Positions 8,491-16,868 of a stretch of DNA of 31,568 nucleotides are shown here, piece after piece. Origin of the DNA: an uncultured Candidatus Saccharibacteria bacterium. GTDB lineage: Bacteria > Patescibacteriota > Minisyncoccia > Minisyncoccales > CAZWDF01. The translations under genes were made by a program, and so were the position numbers. Position 1 is the first letter of the stretch; the number at the start of each line of letters is the position of its first letter. The stretch is from NCBI GenBank assembly GCA_964632335.1, contig CAZWDF010000002.1:1-31568 (forward strand), written 5' to 3'. Below the pieces are notes generated by a model, which was not told the DNA's origin, ran no database searches, and worked only from the letters and a program-made list of their open reading frames with translations.

Positions 8491-9022
8491 GTTTCCTAAT
8501 AAGCTAGTTCTCCCTACTGGTCTTATAACTATATCGCCTTACTCTTTAGAGAGTACAGGAGCAGGTTCGGGTAGTTGGGGGGCACCAGCTAGTGCAGTAT
8601 GGGCATCAGCTAGTAGGGCAATTTATATTCCTTTCAGGATTTCCAAGCCTATTGCTGTTGTTAACCTATACTGCTTCAACGGGGCAGTGGTTAATGGGAA
8701 TATAGACCTTGGCATATATGATGTGGCTGGTACTCGCATTGTTTCTACTGGTTCAACAGCGCAGGCTGTGATTAACTCCCTTCAGGCAGTAGCCATAACA
8801 TCAACTGTAATAGGGCCTGGTATGTTCTACATGGCGATTGCACTAGATGGTACTGTAGGAACTATTTTTACGAGTAGAGCTGTGGGTGCTATTCCCCATA
8901 GAATAGCTATGGGTATGGCACAACAGGCAGCCGCTTTCCCTTTGCCTGCTACGGCCACATTCGCTACTATCACTGATAATAGCCTGCCTGTTGCTGGCCT
9001 ATCAAGAAGGTCGGTGGTATAA
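8483..9022 (+). CDS. Beta-rich structural protein, tandem paralog A (start MPKF)
   Basis: Paralog of 9023 (AIYIPFRISKPI..NGAVVNGNIDLGIYD..GTRIVSTGSTAQA..G.FYMAIALD..PATATFA). Confidence 0.7.
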   Translation: MPKFPNKLVLPTGLITISPYSLESTGAGSGSWGAPASAVWASASRAIYIPFRISKPIAVVNLYCFNGAVVNGNIDLGIYDVAGTRIVSTGSTAQAVINSLQAVAITSTVIGPGMFYMAIALDGTVGTIFTSRAVGAIPHRIAMGMAQQAAAFPLPATATFATITDNSLPVAGLSRRSVV

Positions 9023-9577
9023 ATGAGTAATTGGCCTATCCCGACATTTGAACCTCTAGTAACAATAAATCCTTGGTCAGAGGAGAGTATAGGTGATGCC
9101 ATTACTTCGGCAGGAGGGTCAGCTATCAGTCAAGCAGCATCCACCGCTTGGCCGACTGCTAACTTGGCCCTATATGTACCATTCCAAGTAAGAAAACCTA
9201 TTGTAGTAGTAAAGATGTTTTGTTACAACGGGGCTGCGGTAGCTGGCAATGTTGATGTTGGAATATATAGTGAATATGGTACAAGAATAGTCTCTATTGG
9301 TTCGACTGCACAAGCTGGGCTGAGTGCGATACAAGAATTTGATATTGCCGACACATTATTGGGGACAGGGATTTTTTATATGGCAATAGCTTTGGATGAT
9401 GCAACAGCCACAGCAACCATTCGGAGAGGGACAATGGCGGCTAATGCTATACCAGCCATAACAGGTATGGCACAAGAGCAACTAGCATCTGTTACCTTAC
9501 CTGCCACAGCTACTTTTGCCAGCATCGCAGGGAACTATATCCCTGTATTCGGTCTAACAGTGAGAACATTGATATAA
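9023..9577 (+). CDS. Beta-rich structural protein, tandem paralog B
   Basis: LYVPFQVRKPI..NGAAVAGNVDVGIYS..GTRIVSIGSTAQA..GIFYMAIALD..PATATFA. Confidence 0.7.
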   Translation: MSNWPIPTFEPLVTINPWSEESIGDAITSAGGSAISQAASTAWPTANLALYVPFQVRKPIVVVKMFCYNGAAVAGNVDVGIYSEYGTRIVSIGSTAQAGLSAIQEFDIADTLLGTGIFYMAIALDDATATATIRRGTMAANAIPAITGMAQEQLASVTLPATATFASIAGNYIPVFGLTVRTLI

Positions 9578-9587
9578 AGGGGGAACG

Positions 9588-9851
9588 ATGGGACTTCAAG
9601 CAAGCGCAACGATGGTATTTAATAGCTATGAGGTAATAGATAATGGCATAAATCTACACTTCGTTTGTTCTAACCCAGGTGGCGGAGAACCTAGTGATTA
9701 TTATGTTTTAGCTACAGATGCCGAACTAGCCACCATAACCACGCAGGTGCAGCTGAAGACGCTAGTGACTACCAAATTACAACGCAAGCTCAGAGCGCAA
9801 GGAATAGCGACAAAGCTCGATGCACTCATCGGGCAAAGTATTACTATATAG
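9588..9851 (+). CDS. 87-aa protein, paralog of 7230..7484
   Basis: Shared motif set with 7230. Confidence 0.7.
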   Translation: MGLQASATMVFNSYEVIDNGINLHFVCSNPGGGEPSDYYVLATDAELATITTQVQLKTLVTTKLQRKLRAQGIATKLDALIGQSITI

Positions 9852-9861
9852 GAGGTCAAAA

Positions 9862-9993
9862 ATGGGTAAAATCGTAAACAGGGTAATTGAGGGGCTCCAG
9901 TGGGCGGTAAAGATCATTGAGATCGCTGTGACCATTCAGCAAGCTGTTCTCAACGGCATTAACCGAATGCTCGAAGACCTAAAGGAGGAATAG
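9862..9993 (+). CDS. 43-aa amphipathic peptide (not in ORF track)
   Basis: SD GGAGGT; MGKIVNRVIEGLQWAVKIIEIAVTIQQAVLNGINRMLEDLKEE*. Confidence 0.6.
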   Translation: MGKIVNRVIEGLQWAVKIIEIAVTIQQAVLNGINRMLEDLKEE

Positions 9994-9997
9994 GGCA

Positions 9998-10285
9998 ATG
10001 GAAAATATCAACGCAGTAGGTGCTTTCGTAGCCCTAACCTTTCTAGCGGTTTTTACTGAGTGGCTAAACGAGAGGCTATTCGGCGGCTGGCTTAAAGGCA
10101 AGCAGATGATTGCTACCGCAACCGTTATCGGGCTTGCCTTGACCTGCTCAATAAAGATCGGCGGTCTAAGCCTTCTGGGTATTGATGCTAGCGCGTGGGT
10201 AGACAGGGTAATTACTGGGCTTGTAGTTGGTGGAGGTAGCAACGCCGTACACGCTTTCTTCAAGGATAAATTAGGCAGAGTATAA
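9998..10285 (+). CDS. Holin-like multi-TM protein
   Basis: Two to three TM segments; C-terminal VITGLVVGGGSNAVH resembles the G..SN.vH signature of small phage holins. Confidence 0.5.
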   Translation: MENINAVGAFVALTFLAVFTEWLNERLFGGWLKGKQMIATATVIGLALTCSIKIGGLSLLGIDASAWVDRVITGLVVGGGSNAVHAFFKDKLGRV

Positions 10286-10295
10286 GGAGACCAAA

Positions 10296-10481
10296 ATGAG
10301 CAGAGGTAAGTTGCCCTGGGTAAGTGCTGTAGTGGAAGTCGTGGGGATTGCTGTGATAGGTGGGGGCATTGCCTTGGAGATTGTCTATGAGGCAGATATT
10401 TATTGCTGGGTCATTACTACCAGCTCACTTCTTCTAGCCAGTGGCGGCTTACTCTGGGCAAAAGTCTATAGAGCGAGGTAA
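10296..10481 (+). CDS. 2-TM small membrane protein
   Basis: Two hydrophobic stretches; SD AAGGAG. Confidence 0.6.
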   Translation: MSRGKLPWVSAVVEVVGIAVIGGGIALEIVYEADIYCWVITTSSLLLASGGLLWAKVYRAR

Positions 10482-10485
10482 AGAT

Positions 10486-10944
10486 ATGGCTTATGAACTT
10501 CAGTCTGAAAAGTACTATGCCGCTTGGTATCCTTACAAGGGTGAGTATGAGATAGCTGTCTCAGATATTACCTTTGACCTACCTGATCAGCTATTACCCG
10601 AAGGATGGATTAGTAAAATCCATGCCCTTTTCGTGGATAAATTCAAAGAGTATGGCGAAACGATGCTCTACATGAAGACAGAAGTAGACAAAAGTGCTAC
10701 ATGGCAGACTAGGTTCAGAGTAACCACCTATTCGCACCCTGGCGTTCTAATAGTTTTAGGGGTCATTGCGGCGCTTATCGCGCTTGTTTTGCTTGCATCA
10801 ATGGTCTGGAACATCTCAACAGCTATTAAGACAATAAGTGAAAACCCTGTGCTATCATGGGGCTTTCTACTCATTGCCATAGCCGCTGTTGCCGTTGTCG
10901 GAGCGGTGATTTACTACCTTTACAAGACAGGAAAATTCGCTTAG
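10486..10944 (+). CDS. Membrane protein with two C-terminal TM helices (start MAYEL)
   Basis: SD GAGGT before ATG 10486; hydrophobic C-terminal half. Confidence 0.6.
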   Translation: MAYELQSEKYYAAWYPYKGEYEIAVSDITFDLPDQLLPEGWISKIHALFVDKFKEYGETMLYMKTEVDKSATWQTRFRVTTYSHPGVLIVLGVIAALIALVLLASMVWNISTAIKTISENPVLSWGFLLIAIAAVAVVGAVIYYLYKTGKFA

Positions 10945-10954
10945 GAGGTAAAAC

Positions 10955-11287
10955 ATGGCACAAAGTAAAGCATTGGCAAAGTTACCCTTGATGGAGAAGG
11001 GGTGGGCTAGGTTGTTAGCTGGAGTCGCCGCGGGTTGGCTAGTCAACTATGGTTGGCAAAAGGGTAAACTACCAGGGTATGGCAAGATAGTTTTCCAACT
11101 GCCCAAAGGAAGCCCAGAAGCAGGAGAAGTGTTTGCTGTAGCCTGGGACAATCTTGCTGAAGTAGGCATCGGTATAATTCTCCTACTCTTCGTAGACAAG
11201 ATGTTCGGTCTGGGATTTGTCCTTGGTATAGTGCTGGTTAAGGCACTAGAGTATGTCCCAGGATACCGGAAGGCACTTAAACTTTAA
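10955..11287 (+). CDS. Multi-TM membrane protein
   Basis: SD GGAGGT; three hydrophobic segments. Confidence 0.6.
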   Translation: MAQSKALAKLPLMEKGWARLLAGVAAGWLVNYGWQKGKLPGYGKIVFQLPKGSPEAGEVFAVAWDNLAEVGIGIILLLFVDKMFGLGFVLGIVLVKALEYVPGYRKALKL

Positions 11288-11320
11288 GGGATAGCCTCAG
11301 ACTATTTAGGAGGGGGAATA

Positions 11321-11722
11321 GTGCTGGAGTACAGGGTCTTCATTGGCACTTATGGCAACGGTACAACTAACCCTAGCCCTGGGTCTGTTGTCGTTCCATC
11401 GGGAGTTGCATTAACGATACAAGCGATCCCCGGTGATGGGACTTACCCTACGCGCCTATGGTTCTGGATGGTTAATGGCGTTGTAGTTAGTAAAAGTAGC
11501 GCCATCACGGTAAAGGACGCATGTAGAGTAGAAGCAAACTTTTACACAGAGGGGTGGACTCCAGGCATAGAGCCTCCGATAGCACCGCCTGACGAAATAG
11601 ACCAAACGCCATTTGTACCCCCTGGTGGTGGAGGGGGCAGTAAGATTATCTGGGCTATTGGGCTCTTTGCCATAGCTATTGCCATATTCATTATTGCGTC
11701 AGGGAAGGGGAAGGGAAAATGA
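11321..11722 (+). CDS. Membrane-anchored protein with divergent InlB B-repeat (Flg_new-like) domain
   Basis: GNGTTNPSPGSVVVPSGVALTIQAIP..FW.VNG..ANF, Pro/Gly linker, C-terminal TM plus basic tail. Confidence 0.55.
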   Translation: MLEYRVFIGTYGNGTTNPSPGSVVVPSGVALTIQAIPGDGTYPTRLWFWMVNGVVVSKSSAITVKDACRVEANFYTEGWTPGIEPPIAPPDEIDQTPFVPPGGGGGSKIIWAIGLFAIAIAIFIIASGKGKGK

Positions 11723-12060
11723 ACATACAACTAACCATAGGGCTAAATGAGGTAGTCTATCCCGGGGTAACCATGCCAATTGCCGATGCTGTAGCCTCCA
11801 TAGCTACCACGATAAACGCTGTTTGGTACTACGACAAGATAGCTGACAAGTGGCTAGGCTATGCTCCCTCAGCCCCATCATGGGCAAATGACCTAGCAAC
11901 CGTTACGAAAGGCGAGACCTATAGTGTGACGGCCTTAGAGAATTGTACCTGGGTTATCGACACAGGGCAACCGAAGAGCGATTGGTGGAAGATTATTGTG
12001 GCGGTACTGATGCTCGTGGGCTTGATAGCCCTAGCGGTTTTATGGGGGAAAATTGAATGA
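11719..12060 (+). CDS. Membrane-anchored protein with a surface-protein-like domain (VWYYD..W.GY.P.AP.WANDL)
   Basis: Motif recalled from Chloroflexota surface proteins; C-terminal TM. Confidence 0.5.
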   Translation: MNIQLTIGLNEVVYPGVTMPIADAVASIATTINAVWYYDKIADKWLGYAPSAPSWANDLATVTKGETYSVTALENCTWVIDTGQPKSDWWKIIVAVLMLVGLIALAVLWGKIE

Positions 12061-12518
12061 AAAAGACCGACTTAGCCTATATTGCAGGGCTCTTTGATGG
12101 CGAAGGCTGTGTTTCTTTCAGCACTAGCAAATATAAACCAAGGGGTACTGTTAGCCACCAGATTTTAGTAACCCTAGGCAATACTGAGGAGTACCCTATT
12201 CAATGGCTTCACCTATGCTATGGCGGTAGCATTTATGTCCGGAAGCCTCCAAAACAATTCCCACGAGCCAAAACACTTTATGTATGGCGGTTACTATGCC
12301 AAGAAGCCTGCAATTTTTTGAAGGATATTGAGCCTTATCTAATTATCAAGAAACCCCAAGCAACTATAGCTATTAAGTACGGCGAATCTCTTAGGGTTGG
12401 GGGATACAAGGGTCACCCCAAGACTGAAGGGGAAAGGGCTGTTGATGAAGCCTATAAAATTATGATAAGCAACCTCAACAAGAGGGGAAAGCATGATATT
12501 GATGTCTCAACTAAATAA
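12057..12518 (+). CDS. Free-standing LAGLIDADG homing endonuclease (single motif)
   Basis: LAYIAGLFDGEGC motif; IEPYLIIKKPQA; start overlaps the upstream stop (ATGA). Confidence 0.88.
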   Translation: MKKTDLAYIAGLFDGEGCVSFSTSKYKPRGTVSHQILVTLGNTEEYPIQWLHLCYGGSIYVRKPPKQFPRAKTLYVWRLLCQEACNFLKDIEPYLIIKKPQATIAIKYGESLRVGGYKGHPKTEGERAVDEAYKIMISNLNKRGKHDIDVSTK

Positions 12519-12535
12519 GATAGGACGGGAATAGA

Positions 12536-12820
12536 ATGGCAATCCAGACTGCCGCCGGCATAGGCATGGCTCTTATCGCGAGTGAGCATTTTTACTCTAC
12601 GATGCTATCAAGCCCTCCAACAACTGAGAAGTTCTTTTCTGATACTGACGAGGGCAAGGCAAAGACTAGGCATATGTATTTGACGGCTACAGCCTTATCT
12701 ATAGTCACGGCGGTACTATTGAGCTATATCTTAAAAGAGCCTTGGCCGTTGGTTGCTACCATTGTTCTTTGCATAATTTATATTTACATCTATGAAAGGG
12801 CTTTAAGGGGCGAGGTCTAA
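12536..12820 (+). CDS. Multi-TM membrane protein
   Basis: Hydrophobic segments. Confidence 0.6.
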   Translation: MAIQTAAGIGMALIASEHFYSTMLSSPPTTEKFFSDTDEGKAKTRHMYLTATALSIVTAVLLSYILKEPWPLVATIVLCIIYIYIYERALRGEV

Positions 12821-12821
12821 T

Positions 12822-13256
12822 ATGCTTCAAATAACGAGAGTTTGGGCTGAACCATCAAGCCTAAACGCTGGCGGAAGCACCACTATCAACGTAGAAGTGC
12901 AGAACCCGGACACCAATGCAGTATCGGGGCGTTGTAGTGTCGCTATCTTAGCTACGGATTACCCGTCTGTGGGGCAGGACTCTTACGACCACGGCTGGGA
13001 GAAAGCCATAGCCCTTGCCTCGCAAGAGACAAAGGTCTTCCCCTTTGCCGATTCTGGGCTAAAGGCCCCATACGGTAGAAGCTGGGCGGCTCGCGTAACT
13101 TTGATGGTAGATACGACAATACTAGACACGAAAACCTTTGACAATATCTATGAGGTTAAGGCAATTATACCGCCAACGAAGCAAGAGATACCTTGGGTGT
13201 GGCTTCTCATTGGAGTAGTCGCGATTGTAGGCTTCGTGATAGCAACAAAGGAATAA
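12822..13256 (+). CDS. Ig-like domain protein with C-terminal TM anchor; paralog of 14287
   Basis: MLQITRVWAEPSSLNAGGSTTINVEV..PYGRSW vs MIKILRVTAIPNTVPDGGSCTVVLEL..CYGRSW. Confidence 0.6.
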   Translation: MLQITRVWAEPSSLNAGGSTTINVEVQNPDTNAVSGRCSVAILATDYPSVGQDSYDHGWEKAIALASQETKVFPFADSGLKAPYGRSWAARVTLMVDTTILDTKTFDNIYEVKAIIPPTKQEIPWVWLLIGVVAIVGFVIATKE

Positions 13257-13268
13257 AAGGAGGTGGGG

Positions 13269-13391
13269 GTGAATTTAGGTAAAATAGATACGATACTTTT
13301 CGCAATCCTAGTTCTGGTAGTGCTCATCGAGTTTTACTGGACATGGCAAGACAGAAAGAAAGGAATTCAAAAAGCAGGAGGCGTGTTATGA
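13269..13391 (+). CDS. 40-aa single-TM peptide (not in ORF track)
   Basis: SD AAGGAGGT, GTG start; MNLGKIDTILFAILVLVVLIEFYWTWQDRKK..; stop overlaps ATG 13388. Confidence 0.6.
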   Translation: MNLGKIDTILFAILVLVVLIEFYWTWQDRKKGIQKAGGVL

Positions 13392-13900
13392 ACACAAAAA
13401 CAATCATCTTGGTAGTGGTCACTCTGGGAATAATAGGGCTCATCCTCTGGTTTATGAGGCAGGAGAAGAAACAAACGGGGTTGATGCTGCAAATCATCGA
13501 CAACAAGACGGGAAAGACACTCGAAGCTCACTCGCCAGTCGACTTGCTCGAAGGCGGCTCATACACAATACGAGCCAAGGTCACCAACACCAGCACAAAA
13601 GCTGGCGTGGGCGTAAACGCTCACCTTGCTACGAACCTGGTACTGTCATACACAGACGCAGGCGGAGCAACTAGACTCATAAACTCCAAAACCGATGATG
13701 TTTTTTACATCGCCGGGGCAGCTCGTGTTATAGACCTAGTGGTAACGATACCATCTGATGCCGCAGGGCGTTATGGAGAAGCAATCGCTGTGGTTACTTC
13801 CATGGATGTTAACCAAGAACTAGCTCGCAAAACCATCCCAACAAAATATATAGCTGCTCCGTTCGTTTACGGAGTTTCGCTTGAGTGGGCGGTAATCTAA
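13388..13900 (+). CDS. N-terminally anchored Ig-like domain protein (start MNTKT)
   Basis: TM segment followed by beta-rich YTIRAKVTNT..DLVVTIP. Confidence 0.6.
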   Translation: MNTKTIILVVVTLGIIGLILWFMRQEKKQTGLMLQIIDNKTGKTLEAHSPVDLLEGGSYTIRAKVTNTSTKAGVGVNAHLATNLVLSYTDAGGATRLINSKTDDVFYIAGAARVIDLVVTIPSDAAGRYGEAIAVVTSMDVNQELARKTIPTKYIAAPFVYGVSLEWAVI

Positions 13901-13924
13901 TCCTTTAACTAGGGGAGGTTGACA

Positions 13925-14104
13925 ATGGCAAAAGCGGATAAGTACCAGGTCGAAGACTCTATTCGAGCTGCCAAATGCCCGGATTGTGGTCAATTCATGG
14001 ATAAAGTCCAGGTAGTAGTCATAGCGCAGATTTCCGAGGGCTTGGTTAAGCCGTCTGTGGTAGCTGTAACAGGCTGGGTATGCGCTAAGTGCTGTGAGGA
14101 GTAG
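13925..14104 (+). CDS. Small Zn-ribbon protein
   Basis: CPDC..CAKC. Confidence 0.6.
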   Translation: MAKADKYQVEDSIRAAKCPDCGQFMDKVQVVVIAQISEGLVKPSVVAVTGWVCAKCCEE

Positions 14105-14107
14105 AAT

Positions 14108-14284
14108 ATGCCACTAAAGCAATTCTGCTGTAGCATTTGTGGGAGATGTGCTCCTAAGAAGCTCTTGGAGCATAGTCAATTTACTAATCGCTTAGCCTGG
14201 TTGCGCCGCCATAGGGCGAAGTATCACCCAAAGGCTTTTAAGAAGTCAGTCAAGAAGGCCGTAAAGACTAGGAAGGGAGGTTAG
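14108..14284 (+). CDS. 58-aa basic C2H2-type zinc-finger protein (not in ORF track)
   Basis: CSIC..LRRHRAKYH followed by a Lys-rich tail. Confidence 0.6.
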   Translation: MPLKQFCCSICGRCAPKKLLEHSQFTNRLAWLRRHRAKYHPKAFKKSVKKAVKTRKGG

Positions 14285-14286
14285 GA

Positions 14287-14637
14287 ATGATAAAGATTCT
14301 CAGAGTAACGGCTATCCCAAACACAGTGCCAGATGGAGGGTCATGCACAGTAGTGCTCGAACTTAGTTCAGACCAGATTGGTAAGGTTTATGCCCGCATG
14401 ATGTTCGGTGTATCTGGCTCTAACGGAGAAGAATTTTCTCCAGACCAGAGTTTCGAGAGGGCTATAACTACCAGCATAGACCGCACAAGCTCGCATCCGT
14501 GGAAAATAAAAGTTAGACCGTGTTACGGTAGGAGTTGGGTTTGTAGGGCCTATATCTACAAGACAAGGCTACCTAATGGCAAACTCGAAGATGAGATTGA
14601 CCACCTGTTTGTTGACCCGATATACCAAGTTACTTAG
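14287..14637 (+). CDS. Ig-like protein, unanchored paralog of 12822
   Basis: Shared N-terminus and YGRSW motif. Confidence 0.6.
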   Translation: MIKILRVTAIPNTVPDGGSCTVVLELSSDQIGKVYARMMFGVSGSNGEEFSPDQSFERAITTSIDRTSSHPWKIKVRPCYGRSWVCRAYIYKTRLPNGKLEDEIDHLFVDPIYQVT

Positions 14638-14651
14638 AAGGGAGGTTAGAA

Positions 14652-14747
14652 ATGCCAGAGAAGAAAACGCCAAAGATAATTAAGCCAAAGGTCAATGTAC
14701 CGCAACCGCAAGTACCAGGCACTACACCTGGAAGAAAAGATTGGTGA
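14652..14747 (+). CDS. 31-aa Pro/Lys-rich peptide (not in ORF track)
   Basis: SD GGAGGT; MPEKKTPKIIKPKVNVPQPQVPGTTPGRKDW*; stop overlaps GTG 14744. Confidence 0.5.
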   Translation: MPEKKTPKIIKPKVNVPQPQVPGTTPGRKDW

Positions 14748-15406
14748 AAAAGAAAGGGAAGCAAGCTAAGAGGGGCAATCCTAATAATAACAACGGGGCA
14801 AAGTTAGCTATTCAGCTAACTAACGTCAACGCTGAGATTGATGAGCTAGAACACTATCTCAAAGGGGAAAAAGCGAAAAGGCTTGTCTCCGTTGTTAGGA
14901 AGAGTGGCTGGTATAAAGGGGAGATAGTTGACCTAACACCAAAGCAGTTTAGAGACCTCTTAGGCTATACCCCAAAGCAAGCCAGTATCCGCAAAGGGAA
15001 AGTCCCCTGGGAGTATTGCTTCGACCAACTTGCTACCGAATTAAAATATCCATCAGACGAAGCGCTTAAAAAGGCCGTTGAAAGTGTCATTAAGACTACA
15101 CGGCAAATTGATAGGCTAAAGGCAGAAAAGAATATCTTAGAAAGTGAGATTAAAGCCATGCCAAAGGCAAAAGAGCCACGAGCCGCAGGTGTAAAATTCG
15201 AGAAAAAGCGAATCGCTGTTGATGGTAAAGTAACTGCGTACGAAATCACTAGCGGAAAGCAGAGACTAGGCTATATTGTAGCTTTTCCGCCTACTTATGG
15301 TATATATCCCTCTACCAATGGTTTAGATATTCGGAAAGCTGCTATTGGCGGAGCCCGCTCAATTAAGAAAGCCAAAGAAGTAGCAAAGAAGGAACTCAGG
15401 AGGTAA
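14744..15406 (+). CDS. Basic (Lys-rich) hypothetical protein
   Basis: GTG start coupled to the upstream TGA. Confidence 0.6.
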   Translation: MKKKGKQAKRGNPNNNNGAKLAIQLTNVNAEIDELEHYLKGEKAKRLVSVVRKSGWYKGEIVDLTPKQFRDLLGYTPKQASIRKGKVPWEYCFDQLATELKYPSDEALKKAVESVIKTTRQIDRLKAEKNILESEIKAMPKAKEPRAAGVKFEKKRIAVDGKVTAYEITSGKQRLGYIVAFPPTYGIYPSTNGLDIRKAAIGGARSIKKAKEVAKKELRR

Positions 15407-15409
15407 CGT

Positions 15410-15550
15410 ATGAGCAAAATACATCTTGGAAACGGTGTCACCAGAAAAGGCGGATGGCGATACAATCCTCAAATGAAGCGCTGGGTTAGACGAAAGAAAA
15501 GAGGACTTGGATTTGAAGTGAAAGCCTATAGGAAAAAGGGAGGCCCGTAA
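15410..15550 (+). CDS. 46-aa Arg/Lys-rich peptide (not in ORF track)
   Basis: SD CAGGAGGT; MSKIHLGNGVTRKGGWRYNPQMKRWVRRKKRGLGFEVKAYRKKGGP*. Confidence 0.6.
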   Translation: MSKIHLGNGVTRKGGWRYNPQMKRWVRRKKRGLGFEVKAYRKKGGP

Positions 15551-15624
15551 TGGCAAAGTATGTGTTCACTAAAGCACGGAGACGGGCGCTCAAAAAGGCT
15601 CGTGCTACAAGACGGAAGAAGTAG
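15550..15624 (+). CDS. 24-aa protamine-like peptide (not in ORF track)
   Basis: SD GGGAGG, TAATG coupling; MAKYVFTKARRRALKKARATRRKK*. Confidence 0.55.
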   Translation: MAKYVFTKARRRALKKARATRRKK

Positions 15625-15665
15625 CCTTTAGCCAGGACTGCTTCATCTTTCTTCCTCCTTTCTCT

Positions 15666-15695
15666 GGGGGGAGGGATTACCGCAAGTCCCTCCCC
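15666..15695. terminator. Probable bidirectional terminator between the convergent arms
   Basis: GGGGGAGGGA / TCCCTCCCCC 10-bp stem with pyrimidine-rich flanks. Confidence 0.7.
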
Positions 15696-15801
15696 CTAAC
15701 TATTTCTCCCCTAGCTAATAACGCATTTTCAAGGCTAAGAATTGCCCCTCTGGGGCATGGGGGGTACTAAGATGCCTACCCAGCCCTAAAACCATGCCAT
15801 C

Positions 15802-16113
15802 TTAGCCGTGTCCTTTTGGTATCATGCGGGTAACTTGCTGGAGGGGTATCGTTCCCCTCTCTACCTTGGTGCAATACTCAGTCCCGCAGTCGGCGCAAAC
15901 ATCGTAGTAGCAACACACTACTGGCACAGTGGCGATGCATAGCTTTGCATCAACAAGGGGAACGGCAAACTGCTTTAGGGCTGTGAAGGGCGGCAGTTCC
16001 ATCTTCCGGGCGGCAAGCTCGTCATCGGTGAAGATTCTCGATACCGTTCTCACGCCTCCGCATTTGGGACATTTGAACATAAGTGGCCCTAACATGATCC
16101 TCCTCTCATACAT
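15802..16113 (-). CDS. Zn-ribbon protein
   Basis: CPKC..CADC. Confidence 0.6.
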   Translation of the reverse strand: MYERRIMLGPLMFKCPKCGGVRTVSRIFTDDELAARKMELPPFTALKQFAVPLVDAKLCIATVPVVCCYYDVCADCGTEYCTKVERGTIPLQQVTRMIPKGHG

Positions 16114-16292
16114 GGAATACTAAGCACTTTGGGAACCTTACTATCATATCGGCACTTAGGCAAGGGACAAGCGAGGCAACTAGGGTGAACATAGCAACCG
16201 TCATCTTCCATAATTCCCTTCCAACTGCGAGTGCCATCGCTCTTCTGCCCGATTTGGCGACCTGCCTTCCGATTTTGATTTTCTGAATCCAT
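16089..16292 (-). CDS. Small Cys-rich protein (GC..HPSCLACPLPKCRYD)
   Basis: Motif recalled as the N-terminal module of Dehalococcoidia HTH proteins; no HTH follows here. Confidence 0.5.
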   Translation of the reverse strand: MDSENQNRKAGRQIGQKSDGTRSWKGIMEDDGCYVHPSCLACPLPKCRYDSKVPKVLSIPCMRGGSC

Positions 16293-16437
16293 TTAACCCC
16301 CTTCTAGCTAGATTGATTTAACATTCTCCCATCAACTGTTAAGCACTTTTCGTATCTATAATGGTAATATGCCGTTATCAGCCTGTTTTAACATTTCTAA
16401 ACAAGTGTAAGTGGCATATTACCTAGATACCGATGCT

Positions 16438-16617
16438 TTACTCTCGAAACCAGAGTTCAACGGTGTACACGAATATCCAAAATGCCCAAAACCCTAAACC
16501 TATGTATAAAGCAGGGTGCATTTCCCCGTTTTTAATACTTAGACTAATTCCACCTACGATAAACCCATAGATTATGAATGCAGATGCCATTAACGCACTA
16601 ACCTTCAAAATTTTCAT
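16438..16617 (-). CDS. 59-aa 2-TM membrane protein in an AT-rich patch (not in ORF track)
   Basis: SD AAGGAGGT; MKILKVSALMASAFIIYGFIVGGISL..LYIGLGFWAFWIFVYTVELWFRE*. Confidence 0.55.
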   Translation of the reverse strand: MKILKVSALMASAFIIYGFIVGGISLSIKNGEMHPALYIGLGFWAFWIFVYTVELWFRE

Positions 16618-16634
16618 GTCTACCTCCTTATTCC

Positions 16635-16817
16635 CTAGATATACTCCACTTTATGATTCTTCCGCGGCTTCTTAGTGATTAACCTTGCGCCGCTTCCCCG
16701 GAGCATGGGCGGAGGCTGAAATTTTTCAGCCTCTATGTAGTTCAGGAACTGCTTTTCTGCTCCGCAAATGCATTTCCCTAAGCCTTGATAATCAATCAGC
16801 CAATAGTGAGTATGCAT
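16635..16817 (-). CDS. Small hypothetical protein (HTHYW..CICG)
   Basis: ORF track; possible Zn-binding residues. Confidence 0.5.
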   Translation of the reverse strand: MHTHYWLIDYQGLGKCICGAEKQFLNYIEAEKFQPPPMLRGSGARLITKKPRKNHKVEYI

Positions 16818-16868
16818 TATTTTTTTGACTCCATAACTACCTTCATTAGATATTTGCCGATGTATTCC

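Noticed and set aside
15720-15805. tRNA-like attP among short inverted repeats
   Set aside because: No T-loop (GTTCRA) or cloverleaf; no tRNA or rRNA recognised anywhere in the window
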